From: a virus
Virus record (IMG/VR): IMGVR_UViG_3300045988_169015
Location: 78,001 to 142,000 of that record
Direction: 5' to 3' (one strand)
Length of the DNA stretch: 64,000 bases
In this document: positions 7,998-16,945 of the stretch, piece after piece
How positions within the stretch are numbered: the first letter of the stretch is position 1
Layout: each line of letters opens with the position of its first letter
The notes under the pieces: generated by a model
Seen by the model: only the letters and a program-made list of their open reading frames with translations
The model's database searches: none
What the model was told of the DNA's origin: nothing
Translations under genes and position numbers: made by a program

Positions 7998-9380
7998 TTA
8001 TTTTTTGTAGTAATCAAGTTCATCATTGACGACGAACACGTACTCAGCTTCAGTTTCATCATACCTACAGATGGTATTGTTCTTAGTAAAGGCAACTGCG
8101 TCAATTGGAGTTACGATAATATTGAACTTATCATAATCTTCATCTTCATTGGAACTATAGTCAATAAGCTTGTAGATCTTATTATCTTTACCGATATAGA
8201 AATCGTCAGTACCGTCTGTTTCAATCATTGAACCGTCTGCAAGCATAAGATATTCAGAGTTGTAGAGCAGAGTTGCCTTTATCATATTGTCCCAGAGCGA
8301 CTCATCTTCTTCATAATCAGTTTCATCATCTGGGAAAGAATTGATAACAGTTTTACCGGTCTTGTCCTTGCCGTAGTATCTGCCGTAATCGAAGTCGTCA
8401 TATCCGTCATCGCCGTCCCAGCCGTAGTATCTTTTACTGGCATAACCTCGGTAGCTGTATATAGCTTCAATGTATTCGTACTTTGCAGTTTTACCCTCGG
8501 CTACATCCTTGATAATTGTATTTACTCTTTCGATAACGTTATAAAGCTCATCAAGAACGATATACTCGCTTGTGGTATGAGCATTGTAATATCCGCTGCT
8601 GAAGTTTACAGCTGCAACACCGAGAGCGGGAGCTACATATGAGATGTCAGAGCAGGAACCATATGCAGTCTTAAAGCCGTATGTGTCAATGAACTTCTCA
8701 AATTCGGGATTATCGCAGTCATAGTACACGCTGTCGTTTGAGCCTTTGCGATCCACTTCAATTATGAAGTTGATGTTTATGTCTTCGAGATTGATAATGC
8801 TATTACGGATATCGTCTGCGAAGTAATCAGCTCCCACACAGCCTATCTCTTCGTCTTCGGTAAAGAGAATGTAAGGCTTAATGCCATCTCTGATACTCAT
8901 AAGTGCAGTATAGATACCGCATCTGTCATCGCCGCCGATACCCTGCGGAGACCAGACGCAGCCCTTATCGGACATATAAATGTCTCGAACGGGTTCCTTA
9001 TGAACAGTATCCATATGAGCACACATCATTACGGGAACATTGCCTTTTGCGAATAAGTATCCGTCCGCATAGACAACATCATAACCGAAGCCGACGAGTA
9101 TCGAGTAAAGAAAATCTTTGAGAGCATACTGCTCAAGTCGGATTATCTTTTCAAACAGAGATGAAAGAGGTCTGAAATCTCTTGTGCTGCCGATGATAGA
9201 ATTATATTTTTCGATCATCTTATTTACGTTGTCGAGATCGGGTGTTTTGGGATTGAGGTTTCTTACGTGTTTTTCCGGTTCGTATTTCTTTACCTTGGGT
9301 GATAAAGTATTAAATGCGGAAATATTTGCGGTTGCGGGAGTGGTAGTAGTAGTTGTAGTAGTTGTTGTAGGCATAGCCAT
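7998..9380 (-). CDS. M20/M28/M42-type metallopeptidase-like protein with N-terminal poly-Thr tract
   Basis: 460 aa. Metal-ligand-like motifs CAHMDTVH, GGDDRCG, FTEDEEIG (remembered family pattern). T10 run at the N-terminus; Tyr/Asp-rich C-terminal half. Confidence 0.6.
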   Translation of the reverse strand: MAMPTTTTTTTTTTPATANISAFNTLSPKVKKYEPEKHVRNLNPKTPDLDNVNKMIEKYNSIIGSTRDFRPLSSLFEKIIRLEQYALKDFLYSILVGFGYDVVYADGYLFAKGNVPVMMCAHMDTVHKEPVRDIYMSDKGCVWSPQGIGGDDRCGIYTALMSIRDGIKPYILFTEDEEIGCVGADYFADDIRNSIINLEDININFIIEVDRKGSNDSVYYDCDNPEFEKFIDTYGFKTAYGSCSDISYVAPALGVAAVNFSSGYYNAHTTSEYIVLDELYNVIERVNTIIKDVAEGKTAKYEYIEAIYSYRGYASKRYYGWDGDDGYDDFDYGRYYGKDKTGKTVINSFPDDETDYEEDESLWDNMIKATLLYNSEYLMLADGSMIETDGTDDFYIGKDNKIYKLIDYSSNEDEDYDKFNIIVTPIDAVAFTKNNTICRYDETEAEYVFVVNDELDYYKK

Positions 9381-9402
9381 TTTCCTCCATTAAATTATTT
9401 GA

Positions 9403-10680
9403 TTAGAAGCGGTCATAATCATCATAAGAATCGACATCGGGGGCATCGTCATCACAATTATCATTTGCAATTGACGAATCGCAGTTATCACAATAAAGTG
9501 AACTGCACATTATATCATTAACATCTGATGTTGAGCGGTACTTCTGTGCCCCGCATTCTATACAATATGTACTACCGCCGACTGATATTGTGTTGCTCTG
9601 CTTCGGCAAATCGGGATTATCATATTTAAGTACCGTATAAAACTTCCAGTCGGGGTACATAAACGTATCGGGGTTGCTTTTGATTATTGTGTGATTTGGC
9701 GTCCACGAGCCGGGGACACCTTCGCACTCCGAAAGAATTTTCTGGACACGGTTTCGATATATGAAATACGGATTGCTGTCGCTCTCACAATAGTCTATTG
9801 ACTTGGGGTATATTCTTTCGTGAACTATGTGGGGCGACTTATAGAATATCACTTGTCGGGTTATCTTCGGTATCTTCCACAATTCTCTTGATTCGAAGTT
9901 CTTATCATCAAGAGTGTAGAACAGAAGTGAAACCCTGTCAGTCAGATAGGACATACAACCTGCTTTGTGCTTTCCTTTATACTCAAAGCCATCGAAATTG
10001 CGGCTTGGAGTTAAACACATACAGTTGCTCCATGAGTTGCCATGGCTCATTGTAAGGTAATCCATAGGATTGACTGAGAGAACCGCAGTTCGCTTGAAGG
10101 CTCGGGGTGATATGCAGTCGCTTATCTTTGCGAAGATGCGGTTATACTCCGGGTGTTTTGTAAAACCGAAGTATTCATAGACTTTGTTCAGAATTCGTGT
10201 CGATTTTTGACCGCTCTTGAATTTAAATTCGGGAGCTATCAGATTTATTGTGGACACGATATCGCCATCAACAGTTTCCGAAAAACAATGCTGAGTTACA
10301 AATCGGAGAGCAGTGTCGTTATTGTTATTCATTGAAAAGAACATCCTGAACTCATCGGGGACGTTTCCACCGTGATTATCGAAGATGTGCTTTCTCAGTT
10401 TTGTAATTATGTTATATGAAACATCGCTGTTTTCAAAAATCAGTGCCCGCATCTCATCGCAGAAACTAAAGTAATTGCTGTCAAGTTCTCGCTTCTCGGT
10501 TATTGTAGTAACGATTGCGAGCTCGTCCTCTCGCCACATAGGGTGTTTGCGAAGTAACTCAAGAAGCGGAGTTTTATTTTTGCTCCACTCGTTTATGTTT
10601 TTGGCAACACCAAGCTCGGAGCAGGATATCCCGAGGCTTCTGAGATAATTGACTGCGGTTGTTGTTATGCTGTTTACCAT
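9403..10680 (-). CDS. hypothetical protein, shorter paralog of 10680..12752, Cys-rich C-terminus
   Basis: 425 aa. Shares the blocks LLELLRKHPMW, FGFTKHPEYNRIFAKISD, LSVNPMDYLTMSHGNSWSNC, GGSTYCIECGA with the upstream gene. ATG overlaps the upstream stop. Confidence 0.8.
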   Translation of the reverse strand: MVNSITTTAVNYLRSLGISCSELGVAKNINEWSKNKTPLLELLRKHPMWREDELAIVTTITEKRELDSNYFSFCDEMRALIFENSDVSYNIITKLRKHIFDNHGGNVPDEFRMFFSMNNNNDTALRFVTQHCFSETVDGDIVSTINLIAPEFKFKSGQKSTRILNKVYEYFGFTKHPEYNRIFAKISDCISPRAFKRTAVLSVNPMDYLTMSHGNSWSNCMCLTPSRNFDGFEYKGKHKAGCMSYLTDRVSLLFYTLDDKNFESRELWKIPKITRQVIFYKSPHIVHERIYPKSIDYCESDSNPYFIYRNRVQKILSECEGVPGSWTPNHTIIKSNPDTFMYPDWKFYTVLKYDNPDLPKQSNTISVGGSTYCIECGAQKYRSTSDVNDIMCSSLYCDNCDSSIANDNCDDDAPDVDSYDDYDRF

Positions 10681-12752
10681 TATGCAGTTACCTCCTCAGA
10701 GCTTTCGGGTTCTTCTGTTTCCTCATTTTCCATATGCTTGTCATAGCAAGCTTCGCAAAAACAATCGCTACCAAGCTCAAATATATTTTCACGGTGGAAA
10801 TATTCGTCGCAGTCATCACACTGTATGTAATATTCCTTAAGACAATTATCACAGACTTCGATCTCATCATCGTATCTGTCATAGACAGTTGTAGTTGGTT
10901 CGTCGTAATGCCACTCCCCACACTGATCGCAGCAACAGAAATCACCAATATAAAGACCGTTTTCACAAACGTTGCCATAATTTTCGACGTATGTGTAATT
11001 GCCTGTTTCATATTCCTGATGATATTCACAATAGAAACAGCAGTTATCACAATACCACTCGCCGTCTATGCAGTGCATATCATCACGATCGTTGTAACAA
11101 CCGCATTCATCACAATAAGCTGTTTCCTCATCGGGGTGACACTTGTGACAAAGAAGACCGTTATGAGAATTTTCACTGTCTTCAAATTCATCTTTACATT
11201 TTTCAGCTCCGCAGTTTATGCAATAGCTTGTACCGCCCACGACAATATACTTTGCAGAACGAATAACGTAATCAGAGTCACGGTTTTCAGTATCGCTGCC
11301 CTCTTCAACCTCGTTTTCGGAAACGGAAATTTCCTTTTTCAGATGTACAATGTAGTTAGGGAAATTATTCCAATCATCGTACATAAAAGTATCATCACGG
11401 TTACATACACTTGCTCTGTTGCGGTTCTCCCTGACCCAAAGATTCGGAGTTTCAAGACAGGTTGCAAAGATATCCTCAACAACAGTTCTGTACTGCTTAA
11501 CAAGGGCTTTTCCTTGTTCCGTGTCATCGTTACACTGCGGGTAAAGGCGTTCCTGTACGAGCACAGGATAACTCCAGAAGAAAATCTGGCGATTAATTTT
11601 AGGTTCAAAGCAATAATCTGTGCCGTGATAATCCTTATCGACAGTATAGAATATCATTGATTCGGAATCATTGGCGTAACTAAGTGTTCCGCCCATATAG
11701 CAGCCACCGTAATTATCGGGACCACCTGAGAGGATAGTATGGCAGGAACGCCACGAGTTGCCGTTTGACATCAGCAAAAAGTCGATGATGTTTGCAGAAA
11801 GAACTGTAATACGTTCTACGTCAAACGGATTCATGCTATCCGCAAGCTTTGCAAACTCACGGTTATAGTTTGGGGTTTTATCAAAACCGAATTTACAGAA
11901 CAACTTATTTGCAATTCGGCTTGTCTTTTGACCAACGTGTGCTCTGATATCGGGATAGATTCGATTTACGCAGTCGGCAACTTCTTTGGACATTGTATTC
12001 ATCGGCTCTTGAGAAAAGAGTGCTAAGAATACGGTGGCAAAAAGCCTTTTACTGTCAACATAGGAATCTGATATCCAACTCCAATTGCAAATATGCGATT
12101 TGTTTATCATTGTCTGCCAATCTATCTGAGACATTTCAGAAAAGCAAGTGTAAACATTGTCCCAAGGAGTTGTACCAGATTCAATGTGGTCGTATCCACA
12201 AAATTCTATAAGGTGACTAAATGCGGATTCTGAATCTGCCGATGATGGCATACGGTGCTCGGTCTGATGATAGACGACTGCTTTTGCCTCTTCGTTCCAG
12301 TTAGGGTGTTTACGAAGAAGTCTGAAAAGTGGAGCCTTCATGTTGAGCCACTCTTCGACATTCTTACGGATGCCATCTTTGGTAAACTTATTCGCACGGT
12401 CGATAAGTGCGCCATTGCGAGCAAATCTGTTGAACATATCATACACCTTGTTGGTGTAGTAATCGACAGAGAACTCGTTAAACTCTTTGGGCTCCGGTTC
12501 TGCAGTTTCCATCAGTCGTGCTGTTGCTTCGTGGTCGATCATACCGTCTGACCAATGCCAACGGCGTCCACTGTTGTCGTTTTCATCTTCGACCATATAA
12601 TAAGGGCAGGTGACACTTCCCGAATGCGTTGTGTAAATTGTCATTGTTGTGCCTGCATATTTGTACATTTCAGACACTGTGTATAATACATGCCTTAAAG
12701 TCTCTTCATTTGCAATTACGACCTTCTGACCAACTTCATATCTTGTACTCAT
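10680..12752 (-). CDS. hypothetical protein with a long multi-CxxC C-terminal region, longer paralog of 9403..10680
   Basis: 690 aa. Same conserved blocks (LFRLLRKHPNW, FGFDKTPNYNREFAKLAD, LSANIIDFLLMSNGNSWRSC, GGTSYCINCGA), then about 190 aa with more than 12 CxxC pairs. Confidence 0.8.
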   Translation of the reverse strand: MSTRYEVGQKVVIANEETLRHVLYTVSEMYKYAGTTMTIYTTHSGSVTCPYYMVEDENDNSGRRWHWSDGMIDHEATARLMETAEPEPKEFNEFSVDYYTNKVYDMFNRFARNGALIDRANKFTKDGIRKNVEEWLNMKAPLFRLLRKHPNWNEEAKAVVYHQTEHRMPSSADSESAFSHLIEFCGYDHIESGTTPWDNVYTCFSEMSQIDWQTMINKSHICNWSWISDSYVDSKRLFATVFLALFSQEPMNTMSKEVADCVNRIYPDIRAHVGQKTSRIANKLFCKFGFDKTPNYNREFAKLADSMNPFDVERITVLSANIIDFLLMSNGNSWRSCHTILSGGPDNYGGCYMGGTLSYANDSESMIFYTVDKDYHGTDYCFEPKINRQIFFWSYPVLVQERLYPQCNDDTEQGKALVKQYRTVVEDIFATCLETPNLWVRENRNRASVCNRDDTFMYDDWNNFPNYIVHLKKEISVSENEVEEGSDTENRDSDYVIRSAKYIVVGGTSYCINCGAEKCKDEFEDSENSHNGLLCHKCHPDEETAYCDECGCYNDRDDMHCIDGEWYCDNCCFYCEYHQEYETGNYTYVENYGNVCENGLYIGDFCCCDQCGEWHYDEPTTTVYDRYDDEIEVCDNCLKEYYIQCDDCDEYFHRENIFELGSDCFCEACYDKHMENEETEEPESSEEVTA

Positions 12753-12804
12753 GATAATACCTCTTTCTGCCTTTCGGCGTTAAAATTTATTTGATAGTTC
12801 AAGC

Positions 12805-12840
12805 TATCAGAAAAGCCCACCAGACAGGCTGATGGGCTTG
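12805..12840 (-). terminator. intrinsic terminator (minus strand)
   Basis: On the minus strand AGCCCATCAG-cctgt-CTGGTGGGCT is followed by TTTTCTGAT; it lies downstream of 12863..13093. Confidence 0.6.
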
Positions 12841-12862
12841 AGCTCATAGTTTGAAGTTGTAA

Positions 12863-13093
12863 TTATCCCTCGATGACGACAAACTTGGCATTGTTGTGAC
12901 AAAGCATATAGTATCCGATATTGGGATCGTCGCACCCGTATTCTTTGAGCTGTCCATACTCACCTTCTGTATGAACATCGGTGAGCACGTTGTAAGCTAA
13001 CGCATCACATTCATAACAAGAATTATGAATGCCAACATAAGCATCAAGGTCACAGGTTTCGAGTTTTGCAATAAGTTCTTTTACGGTCATCAT
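12863..13093 (-). CDS. hypothetical protein (76 aa)
   Basis: ORF track; SD AAAAGGAGAG upstream. Confidence 0.75.
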   Translation of the reverse strand: MMTVKELIAKLETCDLDAYVGIHNSCYECDALAYNVLTDVHTEGEYGQLKEYGCDDPNIGYYMLCHNNAKFVVIEG

Positions 13094-13130
13094 AATAATA
13101 TCTCTCCTTTTAAATATGTGTGTATGATTA

Positions 13131-13628
13131 TCAGAACCACTTGGGGCGGTTTTCGGTGAGCCATTTTATTTCGTCACCGAATTCCTCGATCGCGGCTTCG
13201 GCAAGTTCTTTAGTTACAAAATATACTTGTCCACAATCAATGCCAGTGATATAACCATACGCTTCAACTTTCTGAGTTACATTATTCCAAACAGGAGACC
13301 ATTTGGGTGTATGACAATCCCAATCAGCAGGTTTGGTATTATGCCCCGCTGCCCAACGCCTCATTTGGCGGGTAAGAGTGTCGCTGCGTTTACACCATTC
13401 GGCAAGTCGCCTATTGGTGTAGTAGTTTGCCACCGCATAATGACAATCGGAATTTACATCATCTTCGTCATAACCCAACCCTATGTCGCCCTCGGAGTCG
13501 ATATACAAATAACTATCGGCTCTTTCAAAGCCCGTGACTTTCTTAGGCGCAGTCAGCTCTTCCACCTGTTTATCTGAGATCTGAACCTCGATCTCTTTAC
13601 CGTCAATAATAAGTTTTGCAGTTTTCAT
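13131..13628 (-). CDS. hypothetical protein (165 aa)
   Basis: ORF track; starts ATGAAAACTGCAAAA (MKTAK), the same 15 nt as gene 14643..14906; SD AGGAGG. Confidence 0.8.
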   Translation of the reverse strand: MKTAKLIIDGKEIEVQISDKQVEELTAPKKVTGFERADSYLYIDSEGDIGLGYDEDDVNSDCHYAVANYYTNRRLAEWCKRSDTLTRQMRRWAAGHNTKPADWDCHTPKWSPVWNNVTQKVEAYGYITGIDCGQVYFVTKELAEAAIEEFGDEIKWLTENRPKWF

Positions 13629-13657
13629 ATGTGTTTACCTCCTATTTGATTTTGCAA

Positions 13658-14434
13658 TTACGCATTTACGCCTTCGCCCTGATTGTCGATCGCATCAAGG
13701 GGAACGTAATTATCGTGGGCGAATTTGACCAGTTTAAGAAATGCGTTAAAATCCATTCCGTACTTTTCCATGCCTCTGAGCTTGCCCTTGTTTATGCAAG
13801 TCAGCATCTGAGACTGGATCTCAGGAACGCACTTGCAAATATAAGCAAATTTAAACCGTTCCAGCATGGGAGAGAACAGCTTTTGTAATGCGGCTTCGTT
13901 CATCTGTTCAAACCGATTCTTCATATCATAGTATGCCTTGACGTTTGGGTCTTCGTTGATTGTTTTGTCGATGTGTATGAGCACATCTATTGGACTGACA
14001 TACTCGGTAGCAGGTTCGGGATTTGCGGTTACGGGGACAACGACGGCAGAAGTTTCGGGCTCCGACTTTGCCGATTTGCCGTTAAGATATTCCTTGAAAC
14101 CGTCAAGTGTCTCTCTGGAAAAACGATTAGGAAATTGTCCCCTGCCATGAATGTCGGGGACTATGAGTCCCCTCTTTATGTAATAGTTCAATGTGGGATA
14201 TGAAATTCCCAGATATTTAGCTGCTTCTGAACTGGTCAGCATATCGGAATTTCCGACTACACCTTCGACATAGCGAAGGATATCCTCTTTTGTCCACTTG
14301 CTACGATTCGCATTGCGAAATGCAAGGCGAATTGTAGAATGTGGTGCATCAATAATATGTGCGACCTGAGAAATGGTAAATTCGGTCTGTGCTGTTACCT
14401 CGAGAGCTGCTTTGATTTCTGCGATTGTTTTCAT
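13658..14434 (-). CDS. DNA-binding protein with two helix-turn-helix segments (excisionase/MerR-like)
   Basis: FTISQVAHIIDAPHSTIRLAF and LTSSEAAKYLGISYPTLNYYIKRGLI resemble excisionase-family HTH. ATG 14434 with AAAGGA upstream (track TTG 14452). Confidence 0.7.
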   Translation of the reverse strand: MKTIAEIKAALEVTAQTEFTISQVAHIIDAPHSTIRLAFRNANRSKWTKEDILRYVEGVVGNSDMLTSSEAAKYLGISYPTLNYYIKRGLIVPDIHGRGQFPNRFSRETLDGFKEYLNGKSAKSEPETSAVVVPVTANPEPATEYVSPIDVLIHIDKTINEDPNVKAYYDMKNRFEQMNEAALQKLFSPMLERFKFAYICKCVPEIQSQMLTCINKGKLRGMEKYGMDFNAFLKLVKFAHDNYVPLDAIDNQGEGVNA

Positions 14435-14453
14435 AATATCATTTCCTTTCAAA

Positions 14454-14472
14454 TATCTAATATGTTTAGGCG
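14454..14472 (-). promoter_or_regulatory. isolated inverted copy of the array box (CGCCTAAA-cata-TTAGATA on the minus strand): candidate operator or promoter
   Basis: The plus strand reads TATCTAA-TATG-TTTAGGCG. It sits 20 nt upstream of the HTH gene start, between that start and the stop of the preceding ORF. Confidence 0.5.
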
Positions 14473-14473
14473 A

Positions 14474-14650
14474 TTACGCAAGTTCTCTTGCAAGGTCACG
14501 CTTGCAAAGAACTATCTCTGCCTTAACGGTTGAGATGTTATCTCTTATTAAGGCAGCCTCATATTTGCTGTTTGCAGATATGAGGTCGGAATTAAGGTCG
14601 GCGAGCTGTTTTGTTAGCATCGCCAATTCCTGCTTGTAGTATTCAGCCAA
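14474..14650 (-). CDS. small coiled-coil protein (58 aa)
   Basis: Below the track cut-off. TTG at 14650 overlaps the upstream gene end; (M)AEYYKQELAMLTKQLADLNSDLISANSKYEAAL...; heptad-like sequence. Confidence 0.45.
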   Translation of the reverse strand: MAEYYKQELAMLTKQLADLNSDLISANSKYEAALIRDNISTVKAEIVLCKRDLARELA

Positions 14651-14906
14651 TGTACTTCACCGCCCTTTTTAATATGTGTTCGCAACCGTATTTTACAGTT
14701 GTAAAAATGACTGTCTTGATAATAAACAGCCAGTCATATACACATCTTGCGATTATCCCGCAGAACAGTGCGGGGAAAATTACTATTCCTGTCATATCCT
14801 GCTCCCATGGAGAAATCAGGGAAACAAGAATTATTGTTGCTACGATAATGGCAACGGAGAGTACATGCCACTCGGTGGGAGCGTATTTGTGTTTTGCAGT
14901 TTTCAT
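14643..14906 (-). CDS. small membrane protein (87 aa, 2-3 predicted TM helices)
   Basis: ORF track; hydrophobic stretches VLSVAIIVATIILVSLI and IVIFPALFCGIIA; SD AAAGGAG; starts MKTAK. Confidence 0.75.
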   Translation of the reverse strand: MKTAKHKYAPTEWHVLSVAIIVATIILVSLISPWEQDMTGIVIFPALFCGIIARCVYDWLFIIKTVIFTTVKYGCEHILKRAVKYIG

Positions 14907-14949
14907 TCAGAAAACTCCTTTCATATGTATTTTGCAGTTACCTGCTGGG

Positions 14950-16150
14950 GCGGAGTGATTGGTAGAGCAGCACCCCGCTAAGCTGCTTGTGGTGTTAGGG
15001 CATTGGTATCACGTCCTTTCGTTGATTTCGGGTTTTGTTCAGGCAGTTCCCGAAACTGCTCTTGTGATTACTGACATAACTACCTCCAAAGTCCACCACG
15101 GACTTTTACTTTTTAATTTAAGCCCCTGACTATCGACCAACCCAGTTCAGATTTGCCGTGTGGGATTATCGGTTCGCATTTACCAAGTGCGAATCGTACA
15201 TCCTACGTACAGAGCTGTCGGATGTCAGGTTCGTGCCGCCTATTTCCGGTCGCTGGCACTTGGACCATTAGTAGTGCATTGGAAACACCTACTTTCTAAT
15301 ATTGCTTGGCAATTAGACGATGAGTGTCAGAGGACACTCAAAATTGCGCAGCTTGAACTCGTTCCAGTCTGCAGAATAGGTATGACCTGCGAACTTGATA
15401 AATGCTATGGACGAATCCATAGCGTCTCTGCGAAGGGTTATGTCACTCCGTGAGTGACAGCCCAGTGCAAAGAGGTTAAGTGTGAGATTGGGCATAGTAG
15501 TTTCCTTTCTGCTCGGTTTAATGACATGAGCTGGTCGATAAGTTGTGCTCCGCCGCCCTCGTGCAGACTTTGGAGTGTATTAAGGGTGTGCAAGAATAGC
15601 TCTTCGCATTTTACGGGCAAGGCATTTGCTAAACGTGTGCTCACGTACCAGTGCCCAACTTGCTGCCTGCTCACACATTGCTGTGTGGTAACACCCTTAT
15701 TGTTTGTGCGGATTTCCGCAAAAAAATGAGCGGTTTAATGACGTGCTCAGGTCAAAAGTGATACTATTCGCTAAGGTGGAATTCCATATAAAGAACCAAT
15801 GTGTAAGCATGGTGGGTCATAGCGCATACTACTATATGCCAGCAACAACCAGTTGCTCAAGAAATACATAAGACTAACCACTATAGTCTTACACATACTT
15901 GTGGAGTAATACTTGTCCGTGTTCTCTATACGGGCGTATGAATTTATTTTCAACTTTTTTACCCCTCATGAGCGATAAAATTACCCCCTGTCGGCGCTCA
16001 TCTCCGCAGAGGGTTAGTGGGTTGGAGCCATTTGTTTTAGGTCGTTGACCCCAACAGGACGACCTGTGCCCGGTATTGGGCATGGCGTGGCATAGGATTA
16101 CCTCACTTACTGAGCTTTTGCGCCTGTACTGCCTTAATCTGCTCGGGAGT
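14950..16150. ncRNA. candidate large structured non-coding RNA region (class and strand unresolved)
   Basis: No ORF with an SD. Visibly GC-richer than the flanks. Perfect hairpins at 15088-15106 (7 bp), 15322-15339 (7 bp), 15404-15423 (8 bp), 15442-15458 (7 bp), 15672-15687 (6 bp), 15841-15857 (6 bp), 15869-15891 (8 bp), 15968-16001 (7 bp), plus many imperfect ones. Confidence 0.45.
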
Positions 16151-16158
16151 AAGCAGAT

Positions 16159-16764
16159 TCATAATAAACGTAACCATGGTTTCGTTCTGCTCATTCTTAG
16201 CCTTTCAGCCTCGTATGCCTCCTTGTTCTTACGCATCTGCTCTGCAAGATCGTCCATTTCGGACTTGCTTGTCTTACGGGAAGACTTAGGGTCACACCAT
16301 GTTCCGTCGTTGAGAACATGATTAGTAAGGTAGAGAGCATATTTGATAAATGTAGACTTGGTAGTGTAACCGCCAAGGACACTTTTTTCCTTGGTGTCTT
16401 TATCGGTCTTAGTCTGTCTCTTAGGGGCAAAGAGAGCCGTGAGCATAGCTATATTTCCTATGCCGCAACCGAGACCAACCGCTTTAAGATATGAGCGGGC
16501 AAAGTCGTGAGCTTTGTTGACCGATTTATCTCTCTGGTTGTCAGTCCGTGATGTGGCGGCGGTTTCAAGATACTCAAAGACCTTGACAAGGTTGCCGAGA
16601 GCAGACTTGGCGGACTCGTCCTCGATGTCGGACAGCTTGGGGGCGTGTGCAAAGCTGTCAGCAAGAGCTGTTGTTGTCATGACAATATACTTGCCGTCAC
16701 TGGACTTCTTCTTGTAGGTTACGGGCGCATTGATGATAGCGCTGAATGTAGAGTTAATAGTCAT
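16159..16764 (-). CDS. hypothetical protein (201 aa)
   Basis: ATG at 16764 with GGAGG 5 nt upstream (track start 16788 lies upstream of the SD); its stop is followed directly by hairpin 16134-16158. Confidence 0.7.
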   Translation of the reverse strand: MTINSTFSAIINAPVTYKKKSSDGKYIVMTTTALADSFAHAPKLSDIEDESAKSALGNLVKVFEYLETAATSRTDNQRDKSVNKAHDFARSYLKAVGLGCGIGNIAMLTALFAPKRQTKTDKDTKEKSVLGGYTTKSTFIKYALYLTNHVLNDGTWCDPKSSRKTSKSEMDDLAEQMRKNKEAYEAERLRMSRTKPWLRLL

Positions 16765-16916
16765 AAAGACCTCCATTTTTAAAGTCACGTGGACTATATA
16801 TTTGAGTGTTTAGCACTCTATAGAGCGCACAAAGTCCGCACGGTTATCCCTATGCAAAGCGGCGGAAATGTTGGCGGTATGCGCTCGAACAATGCTAAAA
16901 TGCCCCATTATTTCAC

Positions 16917-16945
16917 TTGACAAAATGGGACAGTTGTGTTATAAT
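16917..16945 (+). promoter_or_regulatory. consensus sigma-A/sigma-70 promoter firing rightward, antisense to the 43-aa ORF
   Basis: TTGACA (16917-16922), 17-nt spacer ending TGT, TATAAT (16940-16945). Confidence 0.7.

Noticed and set aside
9342-9371. Poly-Thr coding tract as a phase-variable simple repeat
   Set aside because: It is encoded by mixed ACT/ACA/ACC codons rather than a homopolymer or perfect microsatellite, so slippage is unlikely.
10659-11660. 333-aa plus-strand ORF
   Set aside because: It is antisense to the Cys/Asp/Glu-rich gene 10680..12752. Its Ile/Val/Phe/Thr-rich translation is the typical mirror artefact, and it has no SD.
14950-16150. RNase P RNA, tmRNA or group II intron identity for the structured region
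   Set aside because: I could not find the GAGGAAAGUCC-type RNase P core, a tRNA-like acceptor/T-arm ending in CCA, or a GUGYG 5' end with a domain V hairpin on either strand.
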